From the NCBI GenBank assembly GCA_038254115.1, contig JBBSGK010000005.1, forward strand, positions 1-63,136: a DNA stretch of 63,136 nucleotides, read 5' to 3'. This stretch comes from Candidatus Levyibacteriota bacterium. GTDB lineage: Bacteria; Patescibacteriota; Microgenomatia; Levybacterales; UBA12049. Below the pieces are notes generated by a model. The model did no database searches and was not told the origin of the DNA. It saw only the letters and a list, made by a program, of their open reading frames with translations. Below, one piece after another: positions 8,633-17,715 of the stretch (within the stretch, counting starts at the first letter, position 1; every line of letters starts with the position of its first letter). The position numbers were made by a program, and so were the translations under genes.

Positions 8633-9286
8633 ATGACTCCTAAAATTGCTTTCTTTATAGATGTAGATAATACACTCATCAACAACGATCAGATAAAAGA
8701 AGAGATAAAAAAGTCTCTTATGCAAGTCTTGGGCGAGAAAGAGGCGAATCATTTTTGGCAGCATCATGACGAATTCAGAAGTTATGAAAAATTTGTGGAT
8801 TTTCCAAAAGTAATCAGACAATATTGTTCTGAAAAACATGAGGATCGCTGCGAGCTGGTATTTAATAAAATTTTTGATAGTATCGGGTTTGCCAAAGCGA
8901 TGTATCCCAATGTTAAAGAAGTAATATCTCATTTGCAATCAATTGGTCAGGTTAATCTCTTTACGGAGGGAGACAGTATTTATCAACGAATGAAAATTGA
9001 AAAAAGCGGGTTGTCTGAATTGGTTGATGCCATATTTCTATTTGAACACAAAATGGATCATGTAAAAGAAGTTGTTAATCAATTTGAAGATTTTAAAAAA
9101 ATATTTATTGATGACCGTGCAATGAATTTGGTTAAGATAAAGGCTATGTATCCTGAGGTATATATAATAGAAGTTGCGCAGGGCCACTACAGTACGATTG
9201 ATCATGTTGAGCATGCAGAGACGGATGAAAAAGTCGATTCAATTATGGAATTATTGCAAATGGAAAAAAATCAAATTTTATCTTAA
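8633..9286 (+). CDS. HAD-superfamily hydrolase
   Basis: FFIDVDNTLI is HAD motif I (DxDxT). 217 aa. TACAAT at 8621-8626 lies 6 nt upstream of the ATG. Confidence 0.7.
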   Translation: MTPKIAFFIDVDNTLINNDQIKEEIKKSLMQVLGEKEANHFWQHHDEFRSYEKFVDFPKVIRQYCSEKHEDRCELVFNKIFDSIGFAKAMYPNVKEVISHLQSIGQVNLFTEGDSIYQRMKIEKSGLSELVDAIFLFEHKMDHVKEVVNQFEDFKKIFIDDRAMNLVKIKAMYPEVYIIEVAQGHYSTIDHVEHAETDEKVDSIMELLQMEKNQILS

Positions 9287-9292
9287 AGTGTC

Positions 9293-10534
9293 TTAAAAAG
9301 AAATTGCCTCAAGGAGTTTGCTGAAGAATGTTTCATCTGTCTTGACAATTTTCCCATCAGTTGCTGAGACAAATACAGTCTTGGCAAAAGATACAGGTAT
9401 AAAGCCAAGCGCTTTTTTGTTGGAGAATCCTTTGACCTGGAAGACTGCTTCATTATTTAGTTCTGTCAAAGTAGTTTTTGCTGACTCGGTTGCTTCAGTT
9501 GCCGAGTTTGATGCTTCTAATTCAATACTGTTTAAGATTTTATCTTGCAGTACATTATTTACAGCCTCATCGGGGAGAATTGTAACTGTCTTTGTTCCAG
9601 AAGGGGTCGTTATAGTTAATGCTTTTGTTACCGGATTAAAAGAGAGCGGAAAATGTGTATTGGCTTTTATGCCATTTTTTTTAATTGAAAAGTCATTTGT
9701 CTCAGTCTTGGCTATATCGATTCCTTTATCATCAAGCTCATTATTTATTTCCTCGATCGCATCATGTTCTTCAACTTCTGTTGCTGCCCCATCTGCTTTC
9801 TTGATCTGGGATTTTAATTTATCATCGGGTTTAAGCTCAATCTCTGCTCCTTCACTTTCCAGCTCTTTTTTGATTTTGCTTTTGAGAAATTTAACATGTT
9901 CCTTTTCCTTTTTAGGAGCTTCCTCTATAGAATTGTGTTTTAGTTCTCCAGATGCTGAAGAATCCTGGTGCACCGGCTCAAAATGCGGTCTGAGTTGCGC
10001 AGGTTTTTTGAATAGTGGTTTAAGTACAGTGAATGAAAAATTGTCGTGGTGGAAAGCATGATTGAGATCTGAGCAAGACTTGAAAGAAGTTTGAAAGTGT
10101 TTGTTGTCAGGGCCCACGCAGTCAACGAATGTTCCTGAGCTTACACTTGAGGTTGCGCCTCCTCCTGATCGAAAGGTGTGCTCGGCAGTAGCTGACCCGC
10201 CTGATGAAGTACCTTCTGAGCCGCTTCCCGAAGTGCTACCGCTTCCTGATGTGCCAGAGGCGCTTCCTCCTCCTGAAGATCCACTCCCGCTTGATTCACC
10301 GCCTGAACCTGAACCTGAACCTGAACCGCCACCGCTATCTGATGAATCATCTCCGCCTTGGGCTAGGATGCTGGTGCCTAATACATACGGCTTGTCAATC
10401 GGATGAAGGCCGACTTTACCTACGAGAAGTAGAAGGAACAGTCCTCCTCCTACAATTGTATAAATGCTGTGTCCTCTTTTTTTCTTTATGATAAGCTTTG
10501 ATGATTTCAAAGATTTTTTCTTCAGTTTTTTCAT
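9293..10534 (-). CDS. Membrane-anchored surface protein with a long Gly/Ser low-complexity linker
   Basis: 413 aa. A basic N-terminus and a TM helix are followed by a ~70-aa (G/S)n tract and then a C-terminal globular part. No family recognised. Confidence 0.6.
   Translation of the reverse strand: MKKLKKKSLKSSKLIIKKKRGHSIYTIVGGGLFLLLLVGKVGLHPIDKPYVLGTSILAQGGDDSSDSGGGSGSGSGSGGESSGSGSSGGGSASGTSGSGSTSGSGSEGTSSGGSATAEHTFRSGGGATSSVSSGTFVDCVGPDNKHFQTSFKSCSDLNHAFHHDNFSFTVLKPLFKKPAQLRPHFEPVHQDSSASGELKHNSIEEAPKKEKEHVKFLKSKIKKELESEGAEIELKPDDKLKSQIKKADGAATEVEEHDAIEEINNELDDKGIDIAKTETNDFSIKKNGIKANTHFPLSFNPVTKALTITTPSGTKTVTILPDEAVNNVLQDKILNSIELEASNSATEATESAKTTLTELNNEAVFQVKGFSNKKALGFIPVSFAKTVFVSATDGKIVKTDETFFSKLLEAISF
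10302..10327. repeat. Tandem hexanucleotide (CCTGAA)x4 inside the Gly/Ser tract
   Basis: Read directly from the sequence. It encodes (GS)n on the minus strand, and the unit length preserves the frame. Confidence 0.8.
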
Positions 10535-10684
10535 CTATATACAGTACAGCAGATTTTAAATATATTTGTCAATGGTGGGATAAGAAAAATTCTTTTATAT
10601 TAATAGAATTAATGGTTGAAAATTAACGTTTCGCATTTACGTTTGGGTAAATAATTAGAAATAGCGTGGTATAATACTACAGCC

Positions 10685-10936
10685 ATGCCGGATAAAAAAG
10701 AGCAAGATCTAAAACGTGCGTATTTTGGTGCTCTGCATGGTCTTAATGAGGCCTTGGAAGAGGCTGGGGAGGCTTTTGGTCTATCTAAAACACCACGAGT
10801 TGTTGGTATGAGTGAAGAGGTTATCGACGCCAATTTAGCAGATCAACAACCAGTAACAGCTAAACGCCGGAGGAACATCTTGAGTAAATTTAGAAGAAGA
10901 CCTAAAAATGAGGAACAGAATCCACCCAGAGTTTAA
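10685..10936 (+). CDS. Small hypothetical protein (83 aa, basic C-terminus)
   Basis: ORF only. An extended -10 (TGgTATAAT, 10667-10675) ends 9 nt upstream of the ATG. Confidence 0.4.
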   Translation: MPDKKEQDLKRAYFGALHGLNEALEEAGEAFGLSKTPRVVGMSEEVIDANLADQQPVTAKRRRNILSKFRRRPKNEEQNPPRV

Positions 10937-10987
10937 TTATTCAATTTTCCTCTTGCCCTAATTTAAATTCCTGTATATACTAAATGT

Positions 10988-12211
10988 ATGGTAAGAGTTG
11001 CGATAAATGGGTATGGGCGTATTGGGCGTGTTGCCCACCGTGTAATTCTTCAATGGCACAGTGATGAGATAGAAGTAGTTGCCATCAACGCAGGGCATTC
11101 AACCGATATAAAGGGCTGGATGTATCTTCTGAAGTACGACAGTGTATATGGTCTCCTCCCACAAGACATAAATGTAAAACCAAATCCAAATACCGATGAC
11201 AAAACTATGCTTGGGCATCTTGTAATTTCAGGTAAAGAAATCCCCGTTTATTCACAAAAAGACCCGACACTTCTACCTTGGCGTGATCTAAATGTTGATG
11301 TAGTTATCGAGTCAACAGGGCACTTTACAACTGCTGACAAACTCCAGCCTCATATCGCATCAGGAGCCAGAGCAGTAGTTCTCTCCGCTCCTGCAAAAGG
11401 AGAAGGAGTTCCGACTTATGTTATCTCTGTGAATGAAACAGACTACAAAGGAGAAAGGATGATCAACAACGCTTCTTGTACCACTAATTGTATAACTCCT
11501 GTCGCCAAAATCATCGATGCTGCCTTTGGAATTGATAAAGCCATGATGACAACAATTCATGGATATACATCAGACCAGAAGCTTCAAGATGGAGGACACA
11601 AAGATTATAGAAGGGCAAGAGCAGCAGGGCTAAACATAATCCCGACTTCAACCGGCGCGACTATAGCAGCAGGCGAGGTGTTGCCTCAATTAAAAGGGGT
11701 ATTTGCAGGACTTTCCGTCAGAGTCCCTGTTCCGGTTGGATCACTTTCTGACTTTACATTTCTTTTGAAAAAATCAGTGACCGTTGAGGATGTAAACGCG
11801 GCTCTCAAGCGTGAAGCTGAAAACCCGGTCTATAAAGGTATCCTTGCGGTTACTAATGATCCCCTCGTTTCAAGTGATATTATAGGTAATTCTCATTCAA
11901 GCATAGTAGATTTGTCGCTCACTCAGGTTGCTGGCGGAAACATGCTTAAGGTTATTGCGTGGTACGACAATGAGTACGGATACGCCAATAGATTGGTTGA
12001 GGAAGCAATCATGGTCGGACAGCAACCCGCTTCGACCGCTCAGCGAGGCGAGTCTGCAGCACCTGTAGCGCCTGCGGGTGGGCAAGGAGAACCAATTGCG
12101 CAGCCAACACCGCCACAACAACCTACACCCGTAGTTAATCCGGTGCCATCTGAGCCAAATAATACAGACGGAAACAATTCCGGCGGACCGGCCCCACAGA
12201 ATCCAATTTAG
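10988..12211 (+). CDS. gap: Type I glyceraldehyde-3-phosphate dehydrogenase with a ~70-aa Pro/Gln/Ala-rich C-terminal extension
   Basis: INGYGRIGR, the NASCTTNC active site and WYDNEYGY are all present. The tail QQPASTAQ...PAPQNPI lies beyond the normal end of GAPDH. Confidence 0.93.
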   Translation: MVRVAINGYGRIGRVAHRVILQWHSDEIEVVAINAGHSTDIKGWMYLLKYDSVYGLLPQDINVKPNPNTDDKTMLGHLVISGKEIPVYSQKDPTLLPWRDLNVDVVIESTGHFTTADKLQPHIASGARAVVLSAPAKGEGVPTYVISVNETDYKGERMINNASCTTNCITPVAKIIDAAFGIDKAMMTTIHGYTSDQKLQDGGHKDYRRARAAGLNIIPTSTGATIAAGEVLPQLKGVFAGLSVRVPVPVGSLSDFTFLLKKSVTVEDVNAALKREAENPVYKGILAVTNDPLVSSDIIGNSHSSIVDLSLTQVAGGNMLKVIAWYDNEYGYANRLVEEAIMVGQQPASTAQRGESAAPVAPAGGQGEPIAQPTPPQQPTPVVNPVPSEPNNTDGNNSGGPAPQNPI

Positions 12212-12252
12212 AATTGTAATTTATCATTCACGAGTTAAATACTGGTAATTTT

Positions 12253-12843
12253 ATGGGTAAATTGATTGAACTTCCAAGCATCCGAAACATAACCGTATCC
12301 GGCAGGATCGGTTCAGGAGCAACAACTCTTGCTACCAAACTTTCTGAAACACTAGGATGGGATATCCTGGACGGCGGGAAATTGTTCCGCAAAATCAATG
12401 CAGACCTTGGAATGTCAATTACAGCAAGTAATGTGCGCCCGGATCACTTTGACCTTGAATATGAAGAAAAAATTAAAAAAATGCTAAATGATGAAACGCA
12501 TCACATAATTCAAAGTCATCTGGCTGGTTTTGATGCGCAGGGAATTCCCGGAATTTTTAAGATATTAGTTATTTGCGAAGATCAGGATGGAAACGATAAA
12601 ACAGAAATACGAATTGACCGTTTGGTGAATAGAGATGGCAAAGTAGCTGAGGAGGCAAAAAGAGAAGTGCGGGAGCGTGAAGCAGAGCATCTCAAAAAAT
12701 TCAGAAGACTCTATGCAAATGATAATCAAAAATGGGTGTATTGGGATCATAAATATTACGATTTGGTTGTAAACACGTTTTCCAATAATGAAGAAGAGAG
12801 TCTTAATTCAGCGCTAAAAGCGCTAAAAGTTAGAAAATCTTAA
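12253..12843 (+). CDS. Cytidylate-kinase-like P-loop protein
   Basis: ITVSGRIGSGATTLATKLSETLGWDILDGGKLFR has a Walker A motif and an NMP-kinase-like N-terminus. 196 aa. Confidence 0.6.
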   Translation: MGKLIELPSIRNITVSGRIGSGATTLATKLSETLGWDILDGGKLFRKINADLGMSITASNVRPDHFDLEYEEKIKKMLNDETHHIIQSHLAGFDAQGIPGIFKILVICEDQDGNDKTEIRIDRLVNRDGKVAEEAKREVREREAEHLKKFRRLYANDNQKWVYWDHKYYDLVVNTFSNNEEESLNSALKALKVRKS

Positions 12844-12863
12844 TTTTTAATTTACAATTTTCA

Positions 12864-13478
12864 ATGAAAACTAAATTTTTAATTTTTAATCATTTAAATA
12901 TTAATAATTCAATTCAAATTTCAAATTTCAAATTTCAAATTATTTTTGTAGTGTTTTTATTGATCTTTGGAATTGTTGGCCGAGTCTATGCTCAAGAATC
13001 AGGAAGTGAATCTGCGCAAGCAACAGAGTCATCGAAGGTAAATTACGAGTTATCTTACCCCGGGCTCCTTCCTGACCACCCGATGTATTTTCTAAAAGCA
13101 GCCAGAGAGCAAATAACAGCATTTTTTATTTCAAATCCGTTAAAAAAATCAGAATTTGATTTGTTGCAAGCTGATAAGAGAATTGAATCAAGCTTGCTTC
13201 TGATCCAAAAGGGAAAGATCGCTTTGGCTGAATCTACATTTTCAAAAGGAGAGAATTATTTTGAAGATGCGATAAATAGGGCAAGTGATGCCAAGAGCCA
13301 GGGAACCAATATCTTGGAAATAGCAAATAAGCTAAAGGATGCAAATCTCAAACATCAAGAAGTTTTAGGTGATATAGAAAAAAAACTAGGTAAAAAGAAA
13401 AAAGGAAAGTTTATGAGGGATCGCACCAGGATCCTGGGTTTTGAAAAAAGAGCAAATGAATTAGCGACCAAAAAATAG
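12864..13478 (+). CDS. Secreted/anchored hypothetical protein (LLPDHPMYFLKAAREQI resembles DUF5667, from memory)
   Basis: 204-aa ORF. The first ~28 codons run through an AT-rich heptamer repeat, so the real start may be the GTG at 12951 (MFLLIFGIVGRVYA...). Confidence 0.5.
   Translation: MKTKFLIFNHLNINNSIQISNFKFQIIFVVFLLIFGIVGRVYAQESGSESAQATESSKVNYELSYPGLLPDHPMYFLKAAREQITAFFISNPLKKSEFDLLQADKRIESSLLLIQKGKIALAESTFSKGENYFEDAINRASDAKSQGTNILEIANKLKDANLKHQEVLGDIEKKLGKKKKGKFMRDRTRILGFEKRANELATKK
12915..12941. repeat. Tandem heptamer (CAAATTT) x ~4
   Basis: Read directly from the sequence. It belongs to the AAATTTCAAATT-type repeat family also seen at 37627 and 45361-45469. Confidence 0.8.
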
Positions 13479-13595
13479 AAGAATAGCAGCGTTTTGTAGA
13501 CAATTTTTTAACATCTAAATTGTCCATGTAAGAAAACAATAGCAAAAAAGTATTCATTCAAGGCTATTGACCCCCTTTGATATGGAAGTTTATAG

Positions 13596-13647
13596 TTGAC
13601 ACCCAAGATCTAGTGGCATATGATTTTTTTAGCACTAGATAACGATG
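13596..13647 (+). promoter_or_regulatory. nrdR promoter (TTGACA-17-TATGAT) with two candidate NrdR boxes 31 bp apart
   Basis: -35 at 13596-13601 and -10 at 13619-13624. Box 1 (ACCCAAGATCTAGTGG, 13601-13616) has ~12/16 matches to the acaCwAtATaTwGtgt consensus. Box 2 (GCACTAGATAACGATG, 13632-13647) has ~10/16. The ATCTAGTG/CACTAGAT half-sites are inverted copies of each other. Confidence 0.45.
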
Positions 13648-13670
13648 AGTTTAGATGCTAAAATTAAATT

Positions 13671-14132
13671 ATGCATTGTCCATATTGCGGAACTAAGAAT
13701 TCAGAGGTAGTAGAAACACGGGAGAGTTCAGATCTTGATTCTATAAGAAGAAGAAGGTCTTGCATGGACTGCCAAAAGCGCTTTACAACCTATGAAAGAG
13801 TTGAAAATGTTGCATTGGTTGTCATTAAAAGAGATGGGAAAAGAGAGCAGTTTACCCGTGAGAAGCTGGAGCGCGGACTTCTAAAAGCATGTGAGAAGAC
13901 AACTATACCAACAGAAATAATTGAAAAGACAGTATCAGAAATTACACGAGAGCTTCGCGCACAGGACAGTCTTGAAGTTGAAAGCAAAATGATCGGAGAT
14001 CTGGTCGCCAAGAAGTTAAAAACATTAGATAAGGTAGCCTACATAAGATTCGCAAGTGTATTTAAAAGATTTGTTGATATTGAAGATTTTGAAAAAGAGG
14101 TGAAAGGGTTAACGCCCAAACAAACATTATGA
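13671..14132 (+). CDS. nrdR: Transcriptional repressor NrdR
   Basis: MHCPYCG...C..C zinc ribbon followed by an ATP-cone. 153 aa. Confidence 0.93.
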   Translation: MHCPYCGTKNSEVVETRESSDLDSIRRRRSCMDCQKRFTTYERVENVALVVIKRDGKREQFTREKLERGLLKACEKTTIPTEIIEKTVSEITRELRAQDSLEVESKMIGDLVAKKLKTLDKVAYIRFASVFKRFVDIEDFEKEVKGLTPKQTL

Positions 14133-14536
14133 AATTAAAAACAGAAATAATAGCACTTTGTGAATATGCATCAATTTCCAGAGAAGGAAAGCTTAGTATT
14201 GATGGAGTTTTTGATGAGTTAAGAGTCGAGAAGTTTCCTGGGGGGATTGCCAGAGCATTTTTTGTTGCGACAATTAATGGAAAGCCAGAGACATCATATA
14301 AGTTGGTTATGAAACTTGAGCATGGCAAGGAAGTAAGAAGCACATCTAATATAGATGCATTTACAAGTCCGAATGGTAAAAACAATATAGTTACAGAGAT
14401 TGTGGGTATGGGTTTTGAAAAACCGGGAGATTATAGATTTGTCATTTACGATGGTAAAGATGAGGTCGGATCAACGGTATTAAAAGTTATAGACGCAAAC
14501 CAAACCCAAGAGATAAGATATAAATTACCAAACTAA
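14129..14536 (+). CDS. Conserved-looking hypothetical protein between nrdR and nrdJ
   Basis: 135 aa. Its ATG overlaps the nrdR stop (ATGA), which implies translational coupling. No family recognised with confidence. Confidence 0.55.
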   Translation: MKLKTEIIALCEYASISREGKLSIDGVFDELRVEKFPGGIARAFFVATINGKPETSYKLVMKLEHGKEVRSTSNIDAFTSPNGKNNIVTEIVGMGFEKPGDYRFVIYDGKDEVGSTVLKVIDANQTQEIRYKLPN

Positions 14537-14754
14537 TATGGGAACAAGCACAAATAACGTACAGGAAATCATTATTTTTGAAGCTAAAAATCATAATTCA
14601 GAAGGTAAAATAGTGGCTGCAACTAACAGTAAGATTTTGAATAAAACAAAATAACTAAAGGAAGTGTAGGAATAAATTATATAATCGTTAAAGCCAAACC
14701 GATAATAATAGAAAAGGGCGTAGAGTATCTTTTTAAGTATTTATTTAAACAATT

Positions 14755-17157
14755 ATGAAACTTGATGGAATAAGACACAAAGTATTTATGGACCGCTACT
14801 CCCTCAAAGATGAGGAAGGTACCGCAACCGAGCAAACCCCGGACGACATGTGGAAAAGGGTAGCTCACGGAATTGCCCAGACTGAGAAGAAAGCAGACCG
14901 CACAAAATGGGAAAAAGAATTCTACCGCGTTATGGATGACTTTAAATTCGTTCCGGCAGGCCGCATCCTTTCAGGCGCCGGCACAGGATATCAGGTGACT
15001 TACTTTAATTGTTTTGTTATTCCCTCTCCTAAAGATTCAAGGCATGGAATTTTGGAAGCACTCGGACAATTGGTTGAAATTCAAGCCCGATCAGGTGGTG
15101 TTGGCTTGAATATGTCAAGTTTGAGGCCAAAAGGCGCAAGAGTCAAAAAGGTTAATGGAACTTCATCAGGTCCTGTGAATTGGGCAACACTTTTTTCAGT
15201 TGCAACACATGATATTGTCCAGCAAGGTGGTTCCCGTCGCGGCGCAACTATGCTCATGCTTTGGGATTGGCATCCTGATATCGAAGAATTTATTACTGTC
15301 AAAGAGGATCTGACTAAAATAAACGGTGCAAATCTCTCAGTCTGTGTTTCAGACGCTTTCATGGAGGCAGTCAAACTGGATAAAGATTGGGATTTGGTTT
15401 ATCCGGATCTGACAGATCCCAAATATGACACAAAATGGAATGGGGAGATTGACCTATGGAGAAAAATTGGCGGGCGCGTTATAGTTCACAAAACAATCAA
15501 AGCTAAAAAACTTTGGGATCTTATCTGCACAGCCGCCTGGAAATCCGCAGAACCGGGTTTACATTTTCTTGAAAGATCCAACAAAAGATCAAACACCTGG
15601 TATTTTGAAAGACTTGTTGCAACAAACCCATGCGGTGAACAGCCTCTCGGCGCCTGGGCAGTCTGTAATTTGGGAGCTATGAATCTGGCAGCTTACGTTA
15701 AAGATGGTGAGTTTGATTATGATAATTTAGGAAAAGATACCAAAGTTGCCATGAGGCTTCTGGATAATGTCATAGATCAGACATATTATTTTTTCAAAGA
15801 AAATGAGAAATGTTCCAAAGATATAAGGAGGACTGGTCTTGGAATAATGGGGCTTGGAGACGCGCTTATCAAAATGAAACTTCGTTATGGATCTGAGGAG
15901 TCTTTTCCGACAATTGAGAAAATCTTTAAGACTCTTCGTGACAGCGCGTATGATGCCTCATCGGATTTGGCAAAGGAGAAGGGCGCATTCCCGATGTTTG
16001 ATAAGAAAAAGTACATGAAAGGATATCACATAAAAGCTCTTCCCAAAAAACTTCAGAGCAAAATTGAAAAACAGGGAATCAGAAATGCTGTTTTATTGAC
16101 AATTGCCCCAACCGGGACCACCGGACTTGTCGCAGGCGTTACATCCGGGATAGAGCCTGTTTATGAATTTACTTTTACACGCAAATGGAGAGGCGGGGAG
16201 GAAACAATGTATCACCCACTTTTTGATGAGTGGAGACTAGCAAATCCTGATGCAGAAAGGCCGGAGTACTTTGTATCGGCAAATGATCTGACACCGCTTG
16301 AGCATGCAAAGGTGCAGGCTATTGCACAAGCATACATTGACTCATCTATTTCAAAAACAGTAAACGCTCCAAATTCGCATACAGTTGAGGACGTAAAAAA
16401 TCTCTACATGGCAGCATATGATTTGGGACTTAAAGGTGTTACGTATATGAGGGATGGATCAAGACAAGGTGTCCTTGAGAGAATTGTTGAAAAACCAGCC
16501 GAAAAACCTGTTGAGGCAGCACCGGTTATTCCGGTTACACCCCGGATGCCACGCCCTATGATGTTGACCGGGCTTACATACAAAACAGACAGTCCATCAG
16601 GCAAAGTTTATGTAACCCTAAATCACGATGAAAAAGATAATTTGTTTGAGGTCTTTATAAATCATGGAAAGAGTGGGTCCGATCTTATGGCCTTAGCTGA
16701 TGCTCTTGGGCGTATGATCTCATTTGTTTTGAGAATTCACAGTCCTGTCCCAACCCGTGAGCGGGTACGTGAGATTATCTCAGAATTAACAGGCATTGGT
16801 GGATCGCGAAGTGTCGGATTTGGTGAAAATAGAGTGCGTTCACTTCCTGACGCAATCGCCAAAGTTCTGGCGCGCCATTATGAATTCCGTGTAAACGGTA
16901 AAGTAGAAGACAGAAAGCCAGCAAACGGTAATGGTTTGAGTAACGGTCATGCGATAGACGCTGAGCCCAAAGTTATTGCTCAAGAAACAGTTGATACGAC
17001 ACAACTTTCTATCCCGGCATCAGAAGAGGTAGTTTATTCCGCGCCTTCAACGTCTTCAACATCACTTTTTGATATTTGTCCTGAATGCGGGTCAGGAACG
17101 CTTGCATACGAAGAAGGTTGCCAAAAATGCTACGCATGCGGATACTCCGCGTGTTAA
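14755..17157 (+). CDS. nrdJ: Class II (adenosylcobalamin-dependent) ribonucleotide reductase with a C-terminal CxxC...CxxC zinc ribbon
   Basis: 800 aa with TNPCGEQPL and the class II core blocks. The C-terminus is CPECGSGTLAYEEGCQKCYACG. Confidence 0.93.
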   Translation: MKLDGIRHKVFMDRYSLKDEEGTATEQTPDDMWKRVAHGIAQTEKKADRTKWEKEFYRVMDDFKFVPAGRILSGAGTGYQVTYFNCFVIPSPKDSRHGILEALGQLVEIQARSGGVGLNMSSLRPKGARVKKVNGTSSGPVNWATLFSVATHDIVQQGGSRRGATMLMLWDWHPDIEEFITVKEDLTKINGANLSVCVSDAFMEAVKLDKDWDLVYPDLTDPKYDTKWNGEIDLWRKIGGRVIVHKTIKAKKLWDLICTAAWKSAEPGLHFLERSNKRSNTWYFERLVATNPCGEQPLGAWAVCNLGAMNLAAYVKDGEFDYDNLGKDTKVAMRLLDNVIDQTYYFFKENEKCSKDIRRTGLGIMGLGDALIKMKLRYGSEESFPTIEKIFKTLRDSAYDASSDLAKEKGAFPMFDKKKYMKGYHIKALPKKLQSKIEKQGIRNAVLLTIAPTGTTGLVAGVTSGIEPVYEFTFTRKWRGGEETMYHPLFDEWRLANPDAERPEYFVSANDLTPLEHAKVQAIAQAYIDSSISKTVNAPNSHTVEDVKNLYMAAYDLGLKGVTYMRDGSRQGVLERIVEKPAEKPVEAAPVIPVTPRMPRPMMLTGLTYKTDSPSGKVYVTLNHDEKDNLFEVFINHGKSGSDLMALADALGRMISFVLRIHSPVPTRERVREIISELTGIGGSRSVGFGENRVRSLPDAIAKVLARHYEFRVNGKVEDRKPANGNGLSNGHAIDAEPKVIAQETVDTTQLSIPASEEVVYSAPSTSSTSLFDICPECGSGTLAYEEGCQKCYACGYSAC

Positions 17158-17190
17158 AAGGGTCTTTTTACTTAGTTAATAATTAAACAT

Positions 17191-17313
17191 GGGTAAGTGA
17201 GGTGTAAATCCTCCACAGTGCCGCTACCGTAAAGTCGGAAAACCGAATTTATCCCGAGCAGGAATTATTTTTATAAAGTTATCCTTCTCGGAATTAATGG
17301 GAAGGATTTTTTT
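17191..17313 (+). promoter_or_regulatory. Cobalamin riboswitch 1 (aptamer ~17191-17255 plus terminator/SD-sequestering hairpin)
   Basis: GGGTAA..GGTGTAAATCC..CACAGTGCCGCTACCGTAA..AGTCGGAAAACC matches core B12-element blocks. The terminator is ATCCTTC / GAAGGAT (17281-17307) plus T6, with the ATG at 17314 directly after. Confidence 0.65.
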
Positions 17314-17697
17314 ATGAAAAATAAAAATTTAGGATTTGTCTTGAGAGGTATTTTTTTCTTGCTTATCATTGGGGCCGCTTTATTTGTAGTCAAAAACCCA
17401 AGTCATATATCAACAACTTCTCCAACACCTACTATAGTTATAGATTCACCATCGCCGAACACCTCAATACGATATCAGGGTCATGACGGACAGGATGCTT
17501 TGAGTCTGCTGAAAAAACAGAGCGAGGTCGAGTTGGGTTCATCAGGTTTGGTGACAGCTATAAACGGCAGTAAAGCTGACGATCAAAAGCATGAATACTG
17601 GGCATTTTACGTAAATGGGAAAATGTCGCAAGTTGGCCCCGCAGAGTATAAATCTAAAGACACAGACAAAATTGAGTGGAAGATCGAAAAATATTAA
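17314..17697 (+). CDS. Membrane-anchored DUF4430-like protein (transcobalamin/intrinsic-factor beta-domain-like; probable extracellular B12 binder)
   Basis: 127 aa with an N-terminal TM helix. The C-terminus (LVTAINGSKADDQKHEYWAFYVNGKMSQVGPAEYKSKDTDKIEWKIEKY) matches the DUF4430 pattern, and the gene sits directly behind a B12 riboswitch. Confidence 0.7.
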   Translation: MKNKNLGFVLRGIFFLLIIGAALFVVKNPSHISTTSPTPTIVIDSPSPNTSIRYQGHDGQDALSLLKKQSEVELGSSGLVTAINGSKADDQKHEYWAFYVNGKMSQVGPAEYKSKDTDKIEWKIEKY

Positions 17698-17715
17698 TTA
17701 ATTCTCAAGTTTAAA

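Noticed and set aside
9318-10491. Several long ORFs, including a 247-aa ORF and a Pro-rich 101-aa ORF, overlapping the Gly/Ser-rich gene
   Set aside because: The low-complexity GGT/TCA-rich DNA stays open in many frames. Only the minus-strand 413-aa frame has an anchor plus a globular C-terminus.
12900-12945. Tandem heptamer tract considered as a CRISPR-like or minisatellite array
   Set aside because: The units are 7 nt with no spacers. It is not a CRISPR array, so I report it only as a simple repeat family.
14537-14653. 38-aa ORF (MGTSTNNVQEIIIFEAKNHNSEGKIVAATNSKILNKTK) in the nrdJ leader
   Set aside because: It has no SD or promoter context and no recognisable features. It cannot be supported from the sequence alone.
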